A DNA stretch of 64,000 nucleotides, from contig OY729428.2 in NCBI GenBank assembly GCA_963422375.2, positions 1,856,001 through 1,920,000 on the forward strand. The letters run 5' to 3'. Below the pieces are notes generated by a model that made no database searches, was not told the origin of the DNA, and saw nothing but the letters and a program-made list of their open reading frames with translations. Positions 43,201-52,088 of this stretch are shown in pieces; within the stretch, counting starts at the first letter, position 1, and every line of letters starts with the position of its first letter. Both the position numbers and the translations under genes were made by a program. This stretch comes from Bryobacterales bacterium. GTDB taxonomy: Bacteria; Acidobacteriota; Terriglobia; Bryobacterales; UBA6623.

Positions 43201-43555
43201 GCTCCAGCACCAATCGCAGGTTGATGACTTCGTCGACGCGCAGGCGAACATCGGACTGCACGAACTGCTTGAAGCCTTCCAGCTCGGTGGCGACGTTGTA
43301 GGTGCCGGGCCGGAGCAGCGGCGCGGAGAACCTGCCGACCTCGTTCGACTCGGCTCGCCGGACCGCTTCGCCCGTCTCGGTATTCGTGATTTCTACGGCC
43401 GCTCCGGGAATCACCGCCCCCGACTGGTCCAGGACGGTTCCGCTGATCTGGCCAGTGGAGGTCTGCGCGCGGACGTGCGGACCAGCAGAGGCCAGCAGGC
43501 CCGCGATCGACAGGATTGAGATGAGCTTGTTTCGCACTGTTGCCTCGGTTCGCAC
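40280..43555 (-). CDS. TonB-dependent receptor with N-terminal carboxypeptidase-regulatory-like domain
   Basis: Signal peptide; GTVLDQSGAVIPGA, LPLNGRNY, FSAEYG, TKSGTN, QDDWQV, C-terminal RQLQFGLKLLF. Confidence 0.93.
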   Translation of the reverse strand: MRTEATVRNKLISILSIAGLLASAGPHVRAQTSTGQISGTVLDQSGAVIPGAAVEITNTETGEAVRRAESNEVGRFSAPLLRPGTYNVATELEGFKQFVQSDVRLRVDEVINLRLVLEPGTVTEQVTVEALAVQLEETTHSIGQVVGENTIQKLPLNGRNYLDLGNLTAGTVPNSRSRDKTYSAYGNRGYQNAYLLDGARNVNYLRGLDNRQRDAMRPSLEAVEEFKVNTSNFSAEYGASAGAVVNVVTKSGTNEYHGSAFWFLRNDNLDARDYFAPPTTVDPLFIQHQAGGSMGGPVVSNRVFWHAAYQRTHITQGTTLTGTVPLPTERQGTFGDRNIFDPFTTRANPNGDGSVRDQFANNKIPASRMDSVGRDLIARYPAPVFDRSNRNFVRAPNNGIRTDNLTGRGDVRVSDMDSMFGRYSFNLPDFQQNAVFETPAGNPVVREGDAFSIGYGYTRTFSPSIVNEFRFAWNRIGVDQDGLTPREEIIAGALHPDVTSGTPTFGLAGLTSIGVSPPGFGNLPLLKSSAVWNFSDNLSMVRGRHTTKLGFDYQMIRTKTSATLEGRGSFSFSGVFTQNPQGRPGTGSSVADLLLGLPNRIQTGTRATAREQQQNLYWYFQDDWQVSSRLTLNLGARYELTQPFIELDNRMANFILNPDDPLFGQLILAGDSRKPRSLLETDMNNIAPRFGFAFRVIEGLVLRGGYGVFFGQDEGTGVARRMTNNPPFFGFGGISLPSDQLNPSSTIPLSGSLPPRPDAVAPQDFVLNPKSTARLRSWYPTLDMPTIQQWNFSIQKQLPGNIMWEVNYVGNTGRQLYASYEGNQPTPGPGSPNNRRPHGQYTRARIIRTEPWATSSYHGVSTRLEKRFSGGLSFLTAFTHGRSLDTASNLGNCDGCGPSGDYGGIQDSRDLAANWGPSNHNIPNRFVFSGVYRLPSGDGLLKPLLGGWDLSGIVTFSDGIPFTPALNFDNANTGTTSRPDRIRDGKLSSPTIDRYFDTDAFAFPPRYTFGNSGRNILYGPGTNMVNFALHRTFPAPLGETSRIEFRFEAFNFFNRPHFGMPGLSIGNRNAGTIGGTSQDNRQLQFGLKLLF

Positions 43556-43802
43556 ACCGTTGGGACGATGGCTCAGTCGCCTGTATTGTATGCCTCCGTG
43601 TCGGGACTGCCGCGTTCGTTGTCGCCGCGACCCGAACGACCCGAGTCCGCGACGGTATCGATGGCCAGCGCGACCGGCTGGAAGGCCCGGGCGCTTGGTG
43701 CGGCGACCGGGTGCCGGGAGGGGGAACCCGGGCCGCTGGCTCTCATCGACCGAGGCCTCTTGTCGCGAGCCGGGCGCGGGACGTGCGAGAATTAAGGGGC
43801 GC

Positions 43803-43879
43803 GGGCCCGTAGCTCAGCTGGATAGAGCGGCCGCCTCCTAAGCGGCAGGCCGGGGGTTCGAATCCCTCCGGGCCCGCCA
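43803..43879 (+). tRNA. tRNA-Arg (anticodon CCT)
   Basis: Acceptor stem GGGCCCG/CGGGCCC, anticodon arm GCCGC-CTCCTAA-GCGGC, GGTTCGAATCC T-arm, encoded CCA. Confidence 0.96.
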
Positions 43880-43900
43880 TCCGGCCAAGGCCCCGTCCGG

Positions 43901-44914
43901 TCAGCCGCCCGCGGCCAGAATCTCGCGGAACTGGCCCGGCTCGATGTTGCCGCCGCTAATCACGCAGACCGCGGCCGACGCGGGATGCCGGTCCCCCGCG
44001 GCGAGTGCCCCGGCGACCGAGGCTGCGCCGCCTGCCTCGACAACCAGCTTCTGCTCGACGGCGAGTGTGCGAATCGCCGTGCGCATGGCGTCTTCGGACA
44101 CCAGAAGCAGGTCCTCGACGAGATCCCGCACCACTGGGAATGTGTTCGAGCCGGGGCGTATCACCGTGAGGGCGTCGGCCAGCGTAGCCGACGGCACGGT
44201 GCGGACGGGCCGGCCCTGCTCCAGCGAGCGCTTCATCGAAGGGTTCGCGAGGGCTTGGACGCCGTAGATCCGGCAGGCGGGGCGCGCTGCCTTGACCGCA
44301 AGGGCCGTCCCGGCAATCAAGCCCCCGCCGCTGACCGGCACGAACAGGCTAAAGTCTCCGGCTACTTGGTCGAGCAGTTCCAAGCCGAGCGTGCCGTTCC
44401 CGGCGATGCTCTCGACGGAATCGTAGGGGTGGACCAGCACGCGTCCGCTCTCGCTCCGGATCCGCTCCGTGGCCCCGGCCCGCGCCTCGAACGTGTCCGC
44501 GCAGAGCTCGACGCGACCGCCGAATGCCCTCGTCCGGTCTCGCTTGAAGGCCGACGCCCCTCGCATCATCACGACGGTCGCGTCGACCCCGAGACGGGAC
44601 GCGGCGAACGCGACCGCCTGGCCGAAGTTCCCGGACGAATTGGTCACGACTCCCTGCCCGCGGCAGCTGGCGAGGTTCGCGAGGATGCTGTTCAGCGCCG
44701 GGCGCACCTTGAACGCGCCGACAGGCTGCTGCGATTCGAGCTTCAGCAGGACTTCACGGCCCAACGCCCGGCTCAGGAATTCCGACCGGACTAGCGGCGT
44801 GGGGGCTAGCTGACGCGCGAGGCGGTCCCTGGCGCGGGCAATTTCCGAACGCCACGCCGACGGAGCCGCCCCAAGCACCGGCTCAAGTTCATGCGCTTCG
44901 CGGGGAGGCTCCAT
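43901..44914 (-). CDS. PLP-dependent threonine/serine dehydratase family enzyme
   Basis: LKLESQQPVGAFKVR, SSGNFGQ, HPYD, PVSGGGLIAG, SGGNI. Confidence 0.9.
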   Translation of the reverse strand: MEPPREAHELEPVLGAAPSAWRSEIARARDRLARQLAPTPLVRSEFLSRALGREVLLKLESQQPVGAFKVRPALNSILANLASCRGQGVVTNSSGNFGQAVAFAASRLGVDATVVMMRGASAFKRDRTRAFGGRVELCADTFEARAGATERIRSESGRVLVHPYDSVESIAGNGTLGLELLDQVAGDFSLFVPVSGGGLIAGTALAVKAARPACRIYGVQALANPSMKRSLEQGRPVRTVPSATLADALTVIRPGSNTFPVVRDLVEDLLLVSEDAMRTAIRTLAVEQKLVVEAGGAASVAGALAAGDRHPASAAVCVISGGNIEPGQFREILAAGG

Positions 44915-45795
44915 TTCGCGTGTCGGATTAGGCTCGCTCGGACCCTAAACCGGCCATCGCCCGGCTTACATGCCCCGGCCCGGCGGCGAGCAGCCTGCTC
45001 CCCGCGCCTTGTGCGCTGGCTCGGTCGGGCATTTTGGGGAAGCGAGGAGGAATCAATGGAAACCCGCCCGCTCGGCGCGAATTGTTGCCGGCATCCCGCC
45101 CTGGCGACCCTGAAGGCGCGGGCGCGTTCGAATGGCCGGTGAAGGGGCGAGATCCCATGGACAGTGTACGACTCGGACCTGCGCCGGCAGCAGGACGAGC
45201 GGGACTCGCATTCCTTCACGCTGAAGACACGCAAGCACGCGGAGCCGGGCGATCCACGAGGCTGCGAGATCCCTTCCCCAACGCCAGCGTCGCGAACATC
45301 GCCGCGAGGCGTCCAGAGCATTGCCCGAGGTCTTGCTGCCGACGCAGGCGAGCGATTCTAGCAAGCTCGCGCCATTGGAGCACATGCCGCTGGGCCGACC
45401 CCGACGTCGACTTCCTCTCTAAAGCAGGTGCACAGTCGGTCCGCGAGCGCGGCTGGAAGGATCCACCCGCACTCTCGCCGGCCCCTCTGCGGCGGTGCCG
45501 GGCGACTACACGCTGGACGTGCCAATGCCCGTCGTCGGACGGGATTGCGATCCGGCTCGGTCCTCCCGGAACGGTCCGCTGACCAGCTGCCAGCGAATTC
45601 GGGAGAGGCGTCGCCCTAGCCCCGGCGGATTGGCGGGACGAAACGACGGCGGCATTCGCTGGCCCAATCGCAAGAGCATCGGCCGCATTCCGGCAGATGG
45701 GCAAGTGCTGCTCCAGCGCGCCCAATGCACCGGATCTGCTCAGTTCCTGCGATAAACTGAGCTGAGCCTTGGAATTGAGGCGCGGAGGTAGGACG

Positions 45796-48700
45796 ATGGA
45801 AACCGAGTCCACTTGGGTCCGGTCGGGCTGGCTGGTCGTAGCGGCTTTTGCCACGGCCGTGGTCGCCAGCGGCCCCGGATTGAATGCCCAGACCAGCACG
45901 GGCAGCATTCGGGGAACGGTCTACGACGAGACAATGGCCGTCATTCCAGGCGTGACCGTCACTGCCGTCGACATGAGCCGCGGCGTCGAGCGCGAGGCCA
46001 CGACGGCCGCGTCGGGAGAGTTCGTCCTGAGCCACGTCGAGCCGGGAACCTACTCGGTCGGCTTCACGGTCGAGAACTTCGCCCCCTTTGAGATCGAGGG
46101 CTTGGATGTCCGTGTCGGCGAGACCGCAACGATCTCGCCCCAGATGGCGGTGGCCGCGACGGAAGACCGCGTGGTCGTCTCGGCCGGAGCGGCCCGGTCG
46201 GCCATCGAGCCCGAGCGCATGCATCAATCCGATCACATCGATTCGGTCCGCATCGCTAACCTTCCCGTCAATCGCCGGGACTATCTCGACCTGGCCCTGC
46301 TGACGCCCGGGGTCGTCAACACGAATTACGTCGCCAACGCCACGGATCGGCGCATCATTCCTACGCCCTCCTCCGGGCTCGGCATCGGAGGCATGAACGG
46401 TCGCGGCAACACGTTCATGATCGACGGGCTGGACAACCTGTACAACTCCGGGGCCGTGCGCTCGTCAATCAGCCAGGAAGCAGTCCACGAGTTCCAAGTG
46501 AATCGTAGTTCATTCTCCACCGAGCAGGGCGGCGCGCCGGGCGGGACGGTCAACATCATCACCAAGGGCGGCACGAACGAAGTTCACGGCAGCCTTTTCG
46601 GCGTGGTCCGGAACCGGAGCTTCCAAGCCCGCAACTACTTCGACCGGGGCAGGGCGGCCTACACCAGGGCGCAGAGCGGAGTCTCGCTGGGCGGGCCGAT
46701 CAAGCGGAACGAGACGTTCTATTATGCGGCCTACGAGCGCCTGGACCGGAACGAGTCGCAAATCGTGCCCCTGCTGGACGATCCCTCGTTCCTGCACACT
46801 TTGCCGAAGTTCCAGCAGGACCTGGCCGACGTGCTGGCCGTGCGGGCGCCGCCAGCCCTGAAGCCCTTGGTGGGGCAAATCTCGGGAGGCCTGACGCCGG
46901 CGAACACTCCCGGAGTGGAAGAGCTGTTCGAGAAGAACAGCGGGGTGTTTCCTTTCAGCGAGCACCGCCAGCAGCTGCTCGCGCGTGCGGACCACAGCCT
47001 CCGCGACGGTCACAACATCTTCGTCAGGGCGAACCTGACGCTGCAGGACGCCGAGAACAGCAATTTCGGGGCCCTCTTGGGCCGTAGCAGGGGCTTCACT
47101 CGGAGCGTCTGGGACTCCGCGCTCGCGTTCGGAGACACCTACGTCATCAGCCCCTCCTGGGTGAGCGAGACGCGGGTCGGGCTCGGCTACCACGACTTCG
47201 ACGTTCTGCCCACCGACTCCCACGGTCCCTCGATCGACATCAACGGCTTCGGCTTCTTCGGCCGCGACCTGATTCTTCCCGCCCGCGTAGTGGAGCGCGT
47301 GTTCCAGGTGCGGCAGAACTTCATGCGGCTCACGAGCCGCCAGACGATCAAGTTCGGCGTCGATTACAACCCGTTGCGCGACTGGGTGCGGTCCGAAACG
47401 TTCTTCGGCGGGCGCTTCATCTTCGCCGAGGCGGTCCCGCTGAGCGCGGTCGTCGACGGGGCCGCCGGGGCGCCGCTGTCGGATCTGGTTCGCACCTCCC
47501 TGACAGCGGCGGGCATGCCCGACCTTGCCGCCACCATCGACAAGCCGATCAGCGCCGTGCAGGCGTATGCTCTCGGCCTGCCCACGATCTATCAGCAGGG
47601 CTTCGGCGATCCGTACTGGATCGGGTGGGCCAATCGGCTCAACTTCTTCGTCGAGGACTCGATTCGCATCACGCGCGACTTCCGGCTGTCGCTCGGGCTG
47701 AGGCACGAATTCGAGATGAAGACGCGCTTCCCGCGGGATTACAACAACATCGGGCCGCGAGCTGGCTTCGCGTGGAGCCCGGACGCGAAGACCGTCGTTC
47801 GCGGCGGGTTCGGCGTGTACTACTCGCGGATCGACGGCCAGACCGCGTACGTCAGCGATCTGCTCGGCAAAAGGGGCCAGATCAACCAGGTGTTCGTTCC
47901 CCTCACTGGCGTTCCGGGCATCACGAGCGCGCTCACCGGCCAGCCGCTCACCTCCGCCGAGATCTACCAGACCCAGCTCAGCCGGGGCGTGCTCGGCAAG
48001 CGTGCGATCACCGCCGACGACCTAGCGATGCACGGCATCGGCACGGGTCCCGGCAATCCGCTGAGGGTCGGGTTCCGCACCGTCCAAGACACGGTCAATC
48101 CGTACTCGACCCAAAGCAGCTTCGAGATCCAGCGCGAGCTCGGCGGGTACGCACTCTCGGCCGCCTACAATTTCAACCGCGGCGTTCACATCATCCGCCC
48201 GCTGGATCTGAACGTGATCAAGGCGGGCACGAACGACGCCGGGCTGCCTGTCCCGGGATTCCGCAACCCGCTGATCCTGCAGGACAACGCGTACGGCAGC
48301 TGGGGCAGGTCCTTCTACCACGCCATGATCCTGCAGCTGAAGAAGCGATTCTCCCAAGGCTTCACGCTGACCGCGCACCACACCTGGAGCAAGGCGATTG
48401 ACGAGGCCACGGACTACAACTCGGCGTTCGAGCCGCATCTCCAATGGGACGCGCGCAACGAGCTCGCGCTGTCGGACTTCCACCGCGGCCACCGCTTCGT
48501 GGCCAACGCGGTCGCCCAGTCCCCTTGGAAGTCGGGCATGGGCCGGGGCTTCGGTCACAACCTGCTGTCGGACTTCACGGTCGCCGGCATCGTGGTGGCG
48601 CGGTCGTTCGCGCCGTTCAACTTGAACGCGGGCTTCGACACCTTGGGGGACCGCCATACCGACACGCACCGCCCGTGGGGACTGGGTCGCAACGCCGGCA

Positions 48701-48966
48701 TCGGCCCGGCCTTCTTCGGCCTTGACGCTCGGCTCGCGCGCACGTTCTCGATTTCCGAGCGCGTGTCGCTGCAGTTCGTGGCCGAGGCATTCAACATCAT
48801 GAACAAAACGAACTTCAAGCAGGTCAACGGCGTGGTGGGCAACATGACGCTCGAGGACCTGCCTGCCCGGCTGGTCGGCAGGCGCAAGCGGGTCACGGAA
48901 CCGCTCTCCTTCATCAACGCCTTCGACCCGCGGCAGTTCCAGTTCAGCTTGCGGCTGGCGTTCTAG
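45796..48966 (+). CDS. TonB-dependent receptor with carboxypeptidase-regulatory-like domain
   Basis: GGAGG RBS; signal peptide; LPVNRRDYLDL, TKGGTNE, NNIGPRAGFAW, C-terminal PRQFQFSLRLAF. Confidence 0.92.
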   Translation: METESTWVRSGWLVVAAFATAVVASGPGLNAQTSTGSIRGTVYDETMAVIPGVTVTAVDMSRGVEREATTAASGEFVLSHVEPGTYSVGFTVENFAPFEIEGLDVRVGETATISPQMAVAATEDRVVVSAGAARSAIEPERMHQSDHIDSVRIANLPVNRRDYLDLALLTPGVVNTNYVANATDRRIIPTPSSGLGIGGMNGRGNTFMIDGLDNLYNSGAVRSSISQEAVHEFQVNRSSFSTEQGGAPGGTVNIITKGGTNEVHGSLFGVVRNRSFQARNYFDRGRAAYTRAQSGVSLGGPIKRNETFYYAAYERLDRNESQIVPLLDDPSFLHTLPKFQQDLADVLAVRAPPALKPLVGQISGGLTPANTPGVEELFEKNSGVFPFSEHRQQLLARADHSLRDGHNIFVRANLTLQDAENSNFGALLGRSRGFTRSVWDSALAFGDTYVISPSWVSETRVGLGYHDFDVLPTDSHGPSIDINGFGFFGRDLILPARVVERVFQVRQNFMRLTSRQTIKFGVDYNPLRDWVRSETFFGGRFIFAEAVPLSAVVDGAAGAPLSDLVRTSLTAAGMPDLAATIDKPISAVQAYALGLPTIYQQGFGDPYWIGWANRLNFFVEDSIRITRDFRLSLGLRHEFEMKTRFPRDYNNIGPRAGFAWSPDAKTVVRGGFGVYYSRIDGQTAYVSDLLGKRGQINQVFVPLTGVPGITSALTGQPLTSAEIYQTQLSRGVLGKRAITADDLAMHGIGTGPGNPLRVGFRTVQDTVNPYSTQSSFEIQRELGGYALSAAYNFNRGVHIIRPLDLNVIKAGTNDAGLPVPGFRNPLILQDNAYGSWGRSFYHAMILQLKKRFSQGFTLTAHHTWSKAIDEATDYNSAFEPHLQWDARNELALSDFHRGHRFVANAVAQSPWKSGMGRGFGHNLLSDFTVAGIVVARSFAPFNLNAGFDTLGDRHTDTHRPWGLGRNAGIGPAFFGLDARLARTFSISERVSLQFVAEAFNIMNKTNFKQVNGVVGNMTLEDLPARLVGRRKRVTEPLSFINAFDPRQFQFSLRLAF

Positions 48967-50251
48967 CGGGCGCTCGGGGGGCGGTCCCGTCGCCGGTGCG
49001 TCGGCCGTCCCGCGCCGCGGAGAGCACGGCCTCGGCCGCCCTGTACCCGCTGCGCACGGCGCCCTCCATCGTGGCGGGCCAGCCCGTGTCCGTCCAGTCC
49101 CCGGCTAGGAACACGTTCGCGTGCGGCGTGCGCGGGCCCGGGCGCAGGCGCTCCATGCCCGGGCGGGCGGAGAAAGTCGCTCTCGCCTCGCGGATCACCC
49201 GGCTCGCGGCCAGCGCGGACCGCCGGGCCTCGGGAAAGAACTCGCGCAGCTCCCGCACGGCGAGTTCGACGATGTCGCGCGCCGGGACCGATGCCAGCTC
49301 CCGCGAGGCGCTGACCACGACGAGGTAGTAGCCGCCGCCCTTGTGAAAGAGCCACTGGATCTGGCGGTCGAGCAGCATGGCGTGCTCCAGCGCCGTGATC
49401 GGCCGGTCGAACCACAGGTGAATGCCGGTGATGGGCGAGTGCTCGAAGCGCGCCAGCTGGCCCGCGATGCCCAGGCCGGGGACGAGGCCTTCGACGCGGT
49501 CGAACGGAACCGCGCTGACGTAGAAGTCGGCCTCCTTGGACGACGGATCGATCCGCCGGACGCGAGACCCAAGGATCACCCGCACGGACGGGCCGAGGCA
49601 GCCGGCCAGCGCGGCCGAGTACAGGCTGTCCAGCGGCACGGTCGGCGTGCCCATTTCGAAGCTGTCGCGACTGCTCAGGAGGCCCTCGGAGAACACTTGG
49701 ATGGCGGGCCGGGCCGAAGCGCGCTCCGGTTCCTCGTTGAGGGCGCTCACGACGAACGGCCTCCAGAATCTGGCGACCGAGCGAGGCGTCGCGCCCCTGG
49801 CGCGCAGCCAGTCGGCGAACGAGACGTCGTCCGGCCCCGGGCGCTCCCTGCGCGCCGCGCGGAGACAGCGGGCGAGCGATAGCTTGTCGCGCCAGTCGAG
49901 GCAGCGCATCGACAGCAGCGAGCGAGCGAGGTGCAGCGGCGCGGGGAGCGGGTCCGCCCTGACTGTGTCGACCGCGCCCCCCGGTGTGACGACATGCAGC
50001 GCGCTGTGGAACCGGATCTTGCTCTCCACGCCGCAGCGGCGGTAGAAGTCGAGCAGTTGGGTGCAGCAGCGCAGGAGGACGTGCTGGCAGTTGTCGATCC
50101 GCCCGGACGCCGTGCCGATGCCCGGGGAGGGAATCGACGAGGCGCGGCCCCCGAGGAATCGCCGGGCCTCGTGCATCTCCACCGGGAGGCCGGCCGCGCC
50201 GAGCCTCGCGGCGGCGGCGAGGCCGGCCAGGCCTCCGCCGACGATCTTCAC
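48944..50251 (-). CDS. hpnE: Hydroxysqualene dehydroxylase
   Basis: GTGA overlap with the hpnD stop; IVGGGLAGL, LGGRASS, IDNCQHVL, LAGDWTDTGWPATMEGAVRSG. Confidence 0.9.
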   Translation of the reverse strand: MKIVGGGLAGLAAAARLGAAGLPVEMHEARRFLGGRASSIPSPGIGTASGRIDNCQHVLLRCCTQLLDFYRRCGVESKIRFHSALHVVTPGGAVDTVRADPLPAPLHLARSLLSMRCLDWRDKLSLARCLRAARRERPGPDDVSFADWLRARGATPRSVARFWRPFVVSALNEEPERASARPAIQVFSEGLLSSRDSFEMGTPTVPLDSLYSAALAGCLGPSVRVILGSRVRRIDPSSKEADFYVSAVPFDRVEGLVPGLGIAGQLARFEHSPITGIHLWFDRPITALEHAMLLDRQIQWLFHKGGGYYLVVVSASRELASVPARDIVELAVRELREFFPEARRSALAASRVIREARATFSARPGMERLRPGPRTPHANVFLAGDWTDTGWPATMEGAVRSGYRAAEAVLSAARDGRRTGDGTAPRAPARTPAAS

Positions 50252-51141
50252 GCTGGGAATGACGGAATTCCTCCCGTGGCGCGCATGTGCAGCGCCCGGG
50301 CCGACAGCCACAGCTTCTTCCACGCAGGCAGGGTCACTGTACGGTCGAGGACCGCGTAGCGGACGCTGCGGATGCGGCCCAGGATGCCCCGGTAAGTCGC
50401 AACCATCGCCCAGAGGGCCGGCCGGCCGGCCGGGCTCAGCAGCTCGAGCAGGCCGGCGGACTCCTCGTAGTAGCGGTCGGCGCGCCGCCATTGGAACGCC
50501 ATGAAGCGCTGGAACCTGCGGTCGTCGGAGGAGATCCTGCGCTCGAGCAGATCCTCGCGGCTCAGGCCGAATTGCTCCAGTTCCACGGTCGGGAAGTAGA
50601 CGCGGCCCATGGCGGCGTCGTCCGCGACGTCGCGCATGATGTTCGTGAGCTGGAAGGCGATGCCGCACTTCTCGGCAAGCGGGATTGCGGCGCGCTGCTC
50701 GAAACCAAGCACGTGGATGGTCGTCATGCCCACGACCGCGGCGGCTTGATAGCAGTAGCCGTACAGGTCGTCGAACGTGCGGTGGACCTTGCCCGCCAGG
50801 TCGCTCTCCATTCCGTCCAGCAGGTCGAAGAAGTAGGCGTGCGGAATCGAGTACCGTTCGGTCGTGTCGCGGAATGCCGGGAGGGCGGCCTCGTCCGAGG
50901 AGCCTCCGGACAGGGTGCCGTGCACCCGCGCGCGCCAGCGGGCGATCTCGCGGCGGCGCTCGGGAACGGGCGCATCGCCATCGTCGGCGATGTCGTCCGC
51001 CCGGCGCATGAAGGCGTAGATCGCGCACATGGCGTCGCGCCGCTCCGGCGGGAGGAGCGCGAACGAGCGGTAGAAGTTGCCCGCCCGCGTCTTGGCGACC
51101 TGCCGGCAGTGCGAATAGGACTGCTCAAGCGTCCATGCCAT
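50248..51141 (-). CDS. hpnD: Presqualene diphosphate synthase (squalene/phytoene synthase family)
   Basis: NFYRSF, YAFMRRADDIAD, GIAFQLTNIMRDV, GRVYFP; lies between hpnC and hpnE. Confidence 0.88.
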   Translation of the reverse strand: MAWTLEQSYSHCRQVAKTRAGNFYRSFALLPPERRDAMCAIYAFMRRADDIADDGDAPVPERRREIARWRARVHGTLSGGSSDEAALPAFRDTTERYSIPHAYFFDLLDGMESDLAGKVHRTFDDLYGYCYQAAAVVGMTTIHVLGFEQRAAIPLAEKCGIAFQLTNIMRDVADDAAMGRVYFPTVELEQFGLSREDLLERRISSDDRRFQRFMAFQWRRADRYYEESAGLLELLSPAGRPALWAMVATYRGILGRIRSVRYAVLDRTVTLPAWKKLWLSARALHMRATGGIPSFPA

Positions 51142-52078
51142 GGGCTTCGGGTGCCTCGGTCGCAGGCCTGGCTAGGCGGCGGAAGGCGGTTGCGAGCGCC
51201 AGCCAGGCCAGATCGAGCTTGCCGATGTCGGGCCTGGAGGCGATTGTGTCGCAGTCCCGCTTCGCGATCTTGGCGAGGACGGTCATGCCGGCTCGGGCGA
51301 ACATCTCGACTTCGAAGCCAAGCCGACCGCCGCAGCGGCCGGCCAGCGGGATGCCGCGCCGGAAGAGCGATGCGGCTCGCCGGGTCAGGTCTCGCAGCGC
51401 CTCGCGGCACTGCGGCGACGCCTTCCCGGCGGCCACGTCCCGAGCGAGCCGGTCCAAGGAGCAGCCGTGCGCTTGCAGCACGTCCAGGGGCACATAGACG
51501 CGACCGATTCTCCAGTCTCTCGCGACGTCCTGGCAATGGTTGGCGATCTGAAGCGCCGTGCAGATCGAATCGGAGAGAGCAAAGAGAGTGTCGTCCTGGC
51601 AGCCGTGCAGCCGCAGCACGAGCCGGCCCACCGGGTTGGCCGAGAAGCGGCAGTACCCCAGCAAGGCCTCGAAAGTGCGGTAACGGCGCACGGTCTGGTC
51701 CCGTACGAACGCCCGAATGAGGTCCTCGAAATCGCTGATCGGCAGTTCGTGGCGGCTCACCGTGTCGCCCAGCGCTACATACACCGGATGGAATGCATGG
51801 CCCCGTGCCATCTCCCGCAGCTGCGTCCACCACCAGTCGAGCAGATCGAGGCTGGTGCGGGAATCGCCCGATTCGTCGCTAAGATCGTCGGCCCAGCGGC
51901 AGAAGGCATACACGTTGCAGTAGTCCTGGCGGAGGCTCTTGGGAACTAGCGGGCTCGCGACGAGGAAATTCTCGTAGTGCTTGCGCGTCAAGGCCCGCGT
52001 GTAGCGTCGCGACTCCTCGATGCCCCAAGCGGGAAAGATCCTGCCGTGGTGCGACAGGAATTCGGTCGGAAACAGCAC
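51125..52078 (-). CDS. hpnC: Squalene synthase HpnC
   Basis: HYENFLVAS, YAFCRWADDLSDE, YCRFSANPVGRLVL, SDSICTALQ. Confidence 0.9.
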   Translation of the reverse strand: MLFPTEFLSHHGRIFPAWGIEESRRYTRALTRKHYENFLVASPLVPKSLRQDYCNVYAFCRWADDLSDESGDSRTSLDLLDWWWTQLREMARGHAFHPVYVALGDTVSRHELPISDFEDLIRAFVRDQTVRRYRTFEALLGYCRFSANPVGRLVLRLHGCQDDTLFALSDSICTALQIANHCQDVARDWRIGRVYVPLDVLQAHGCSLDRLARDVAAGKASPQCREALRDLTRRAASLFRRGIPLAGRCGGRLGFEVEMFARAGMTVLAKIAKRDCDTIASRPDIGKLDLAWLALATAFRRLARPATEAPEAHGMDA

Positions 52079-52088
52079 GCGAAGTGTC

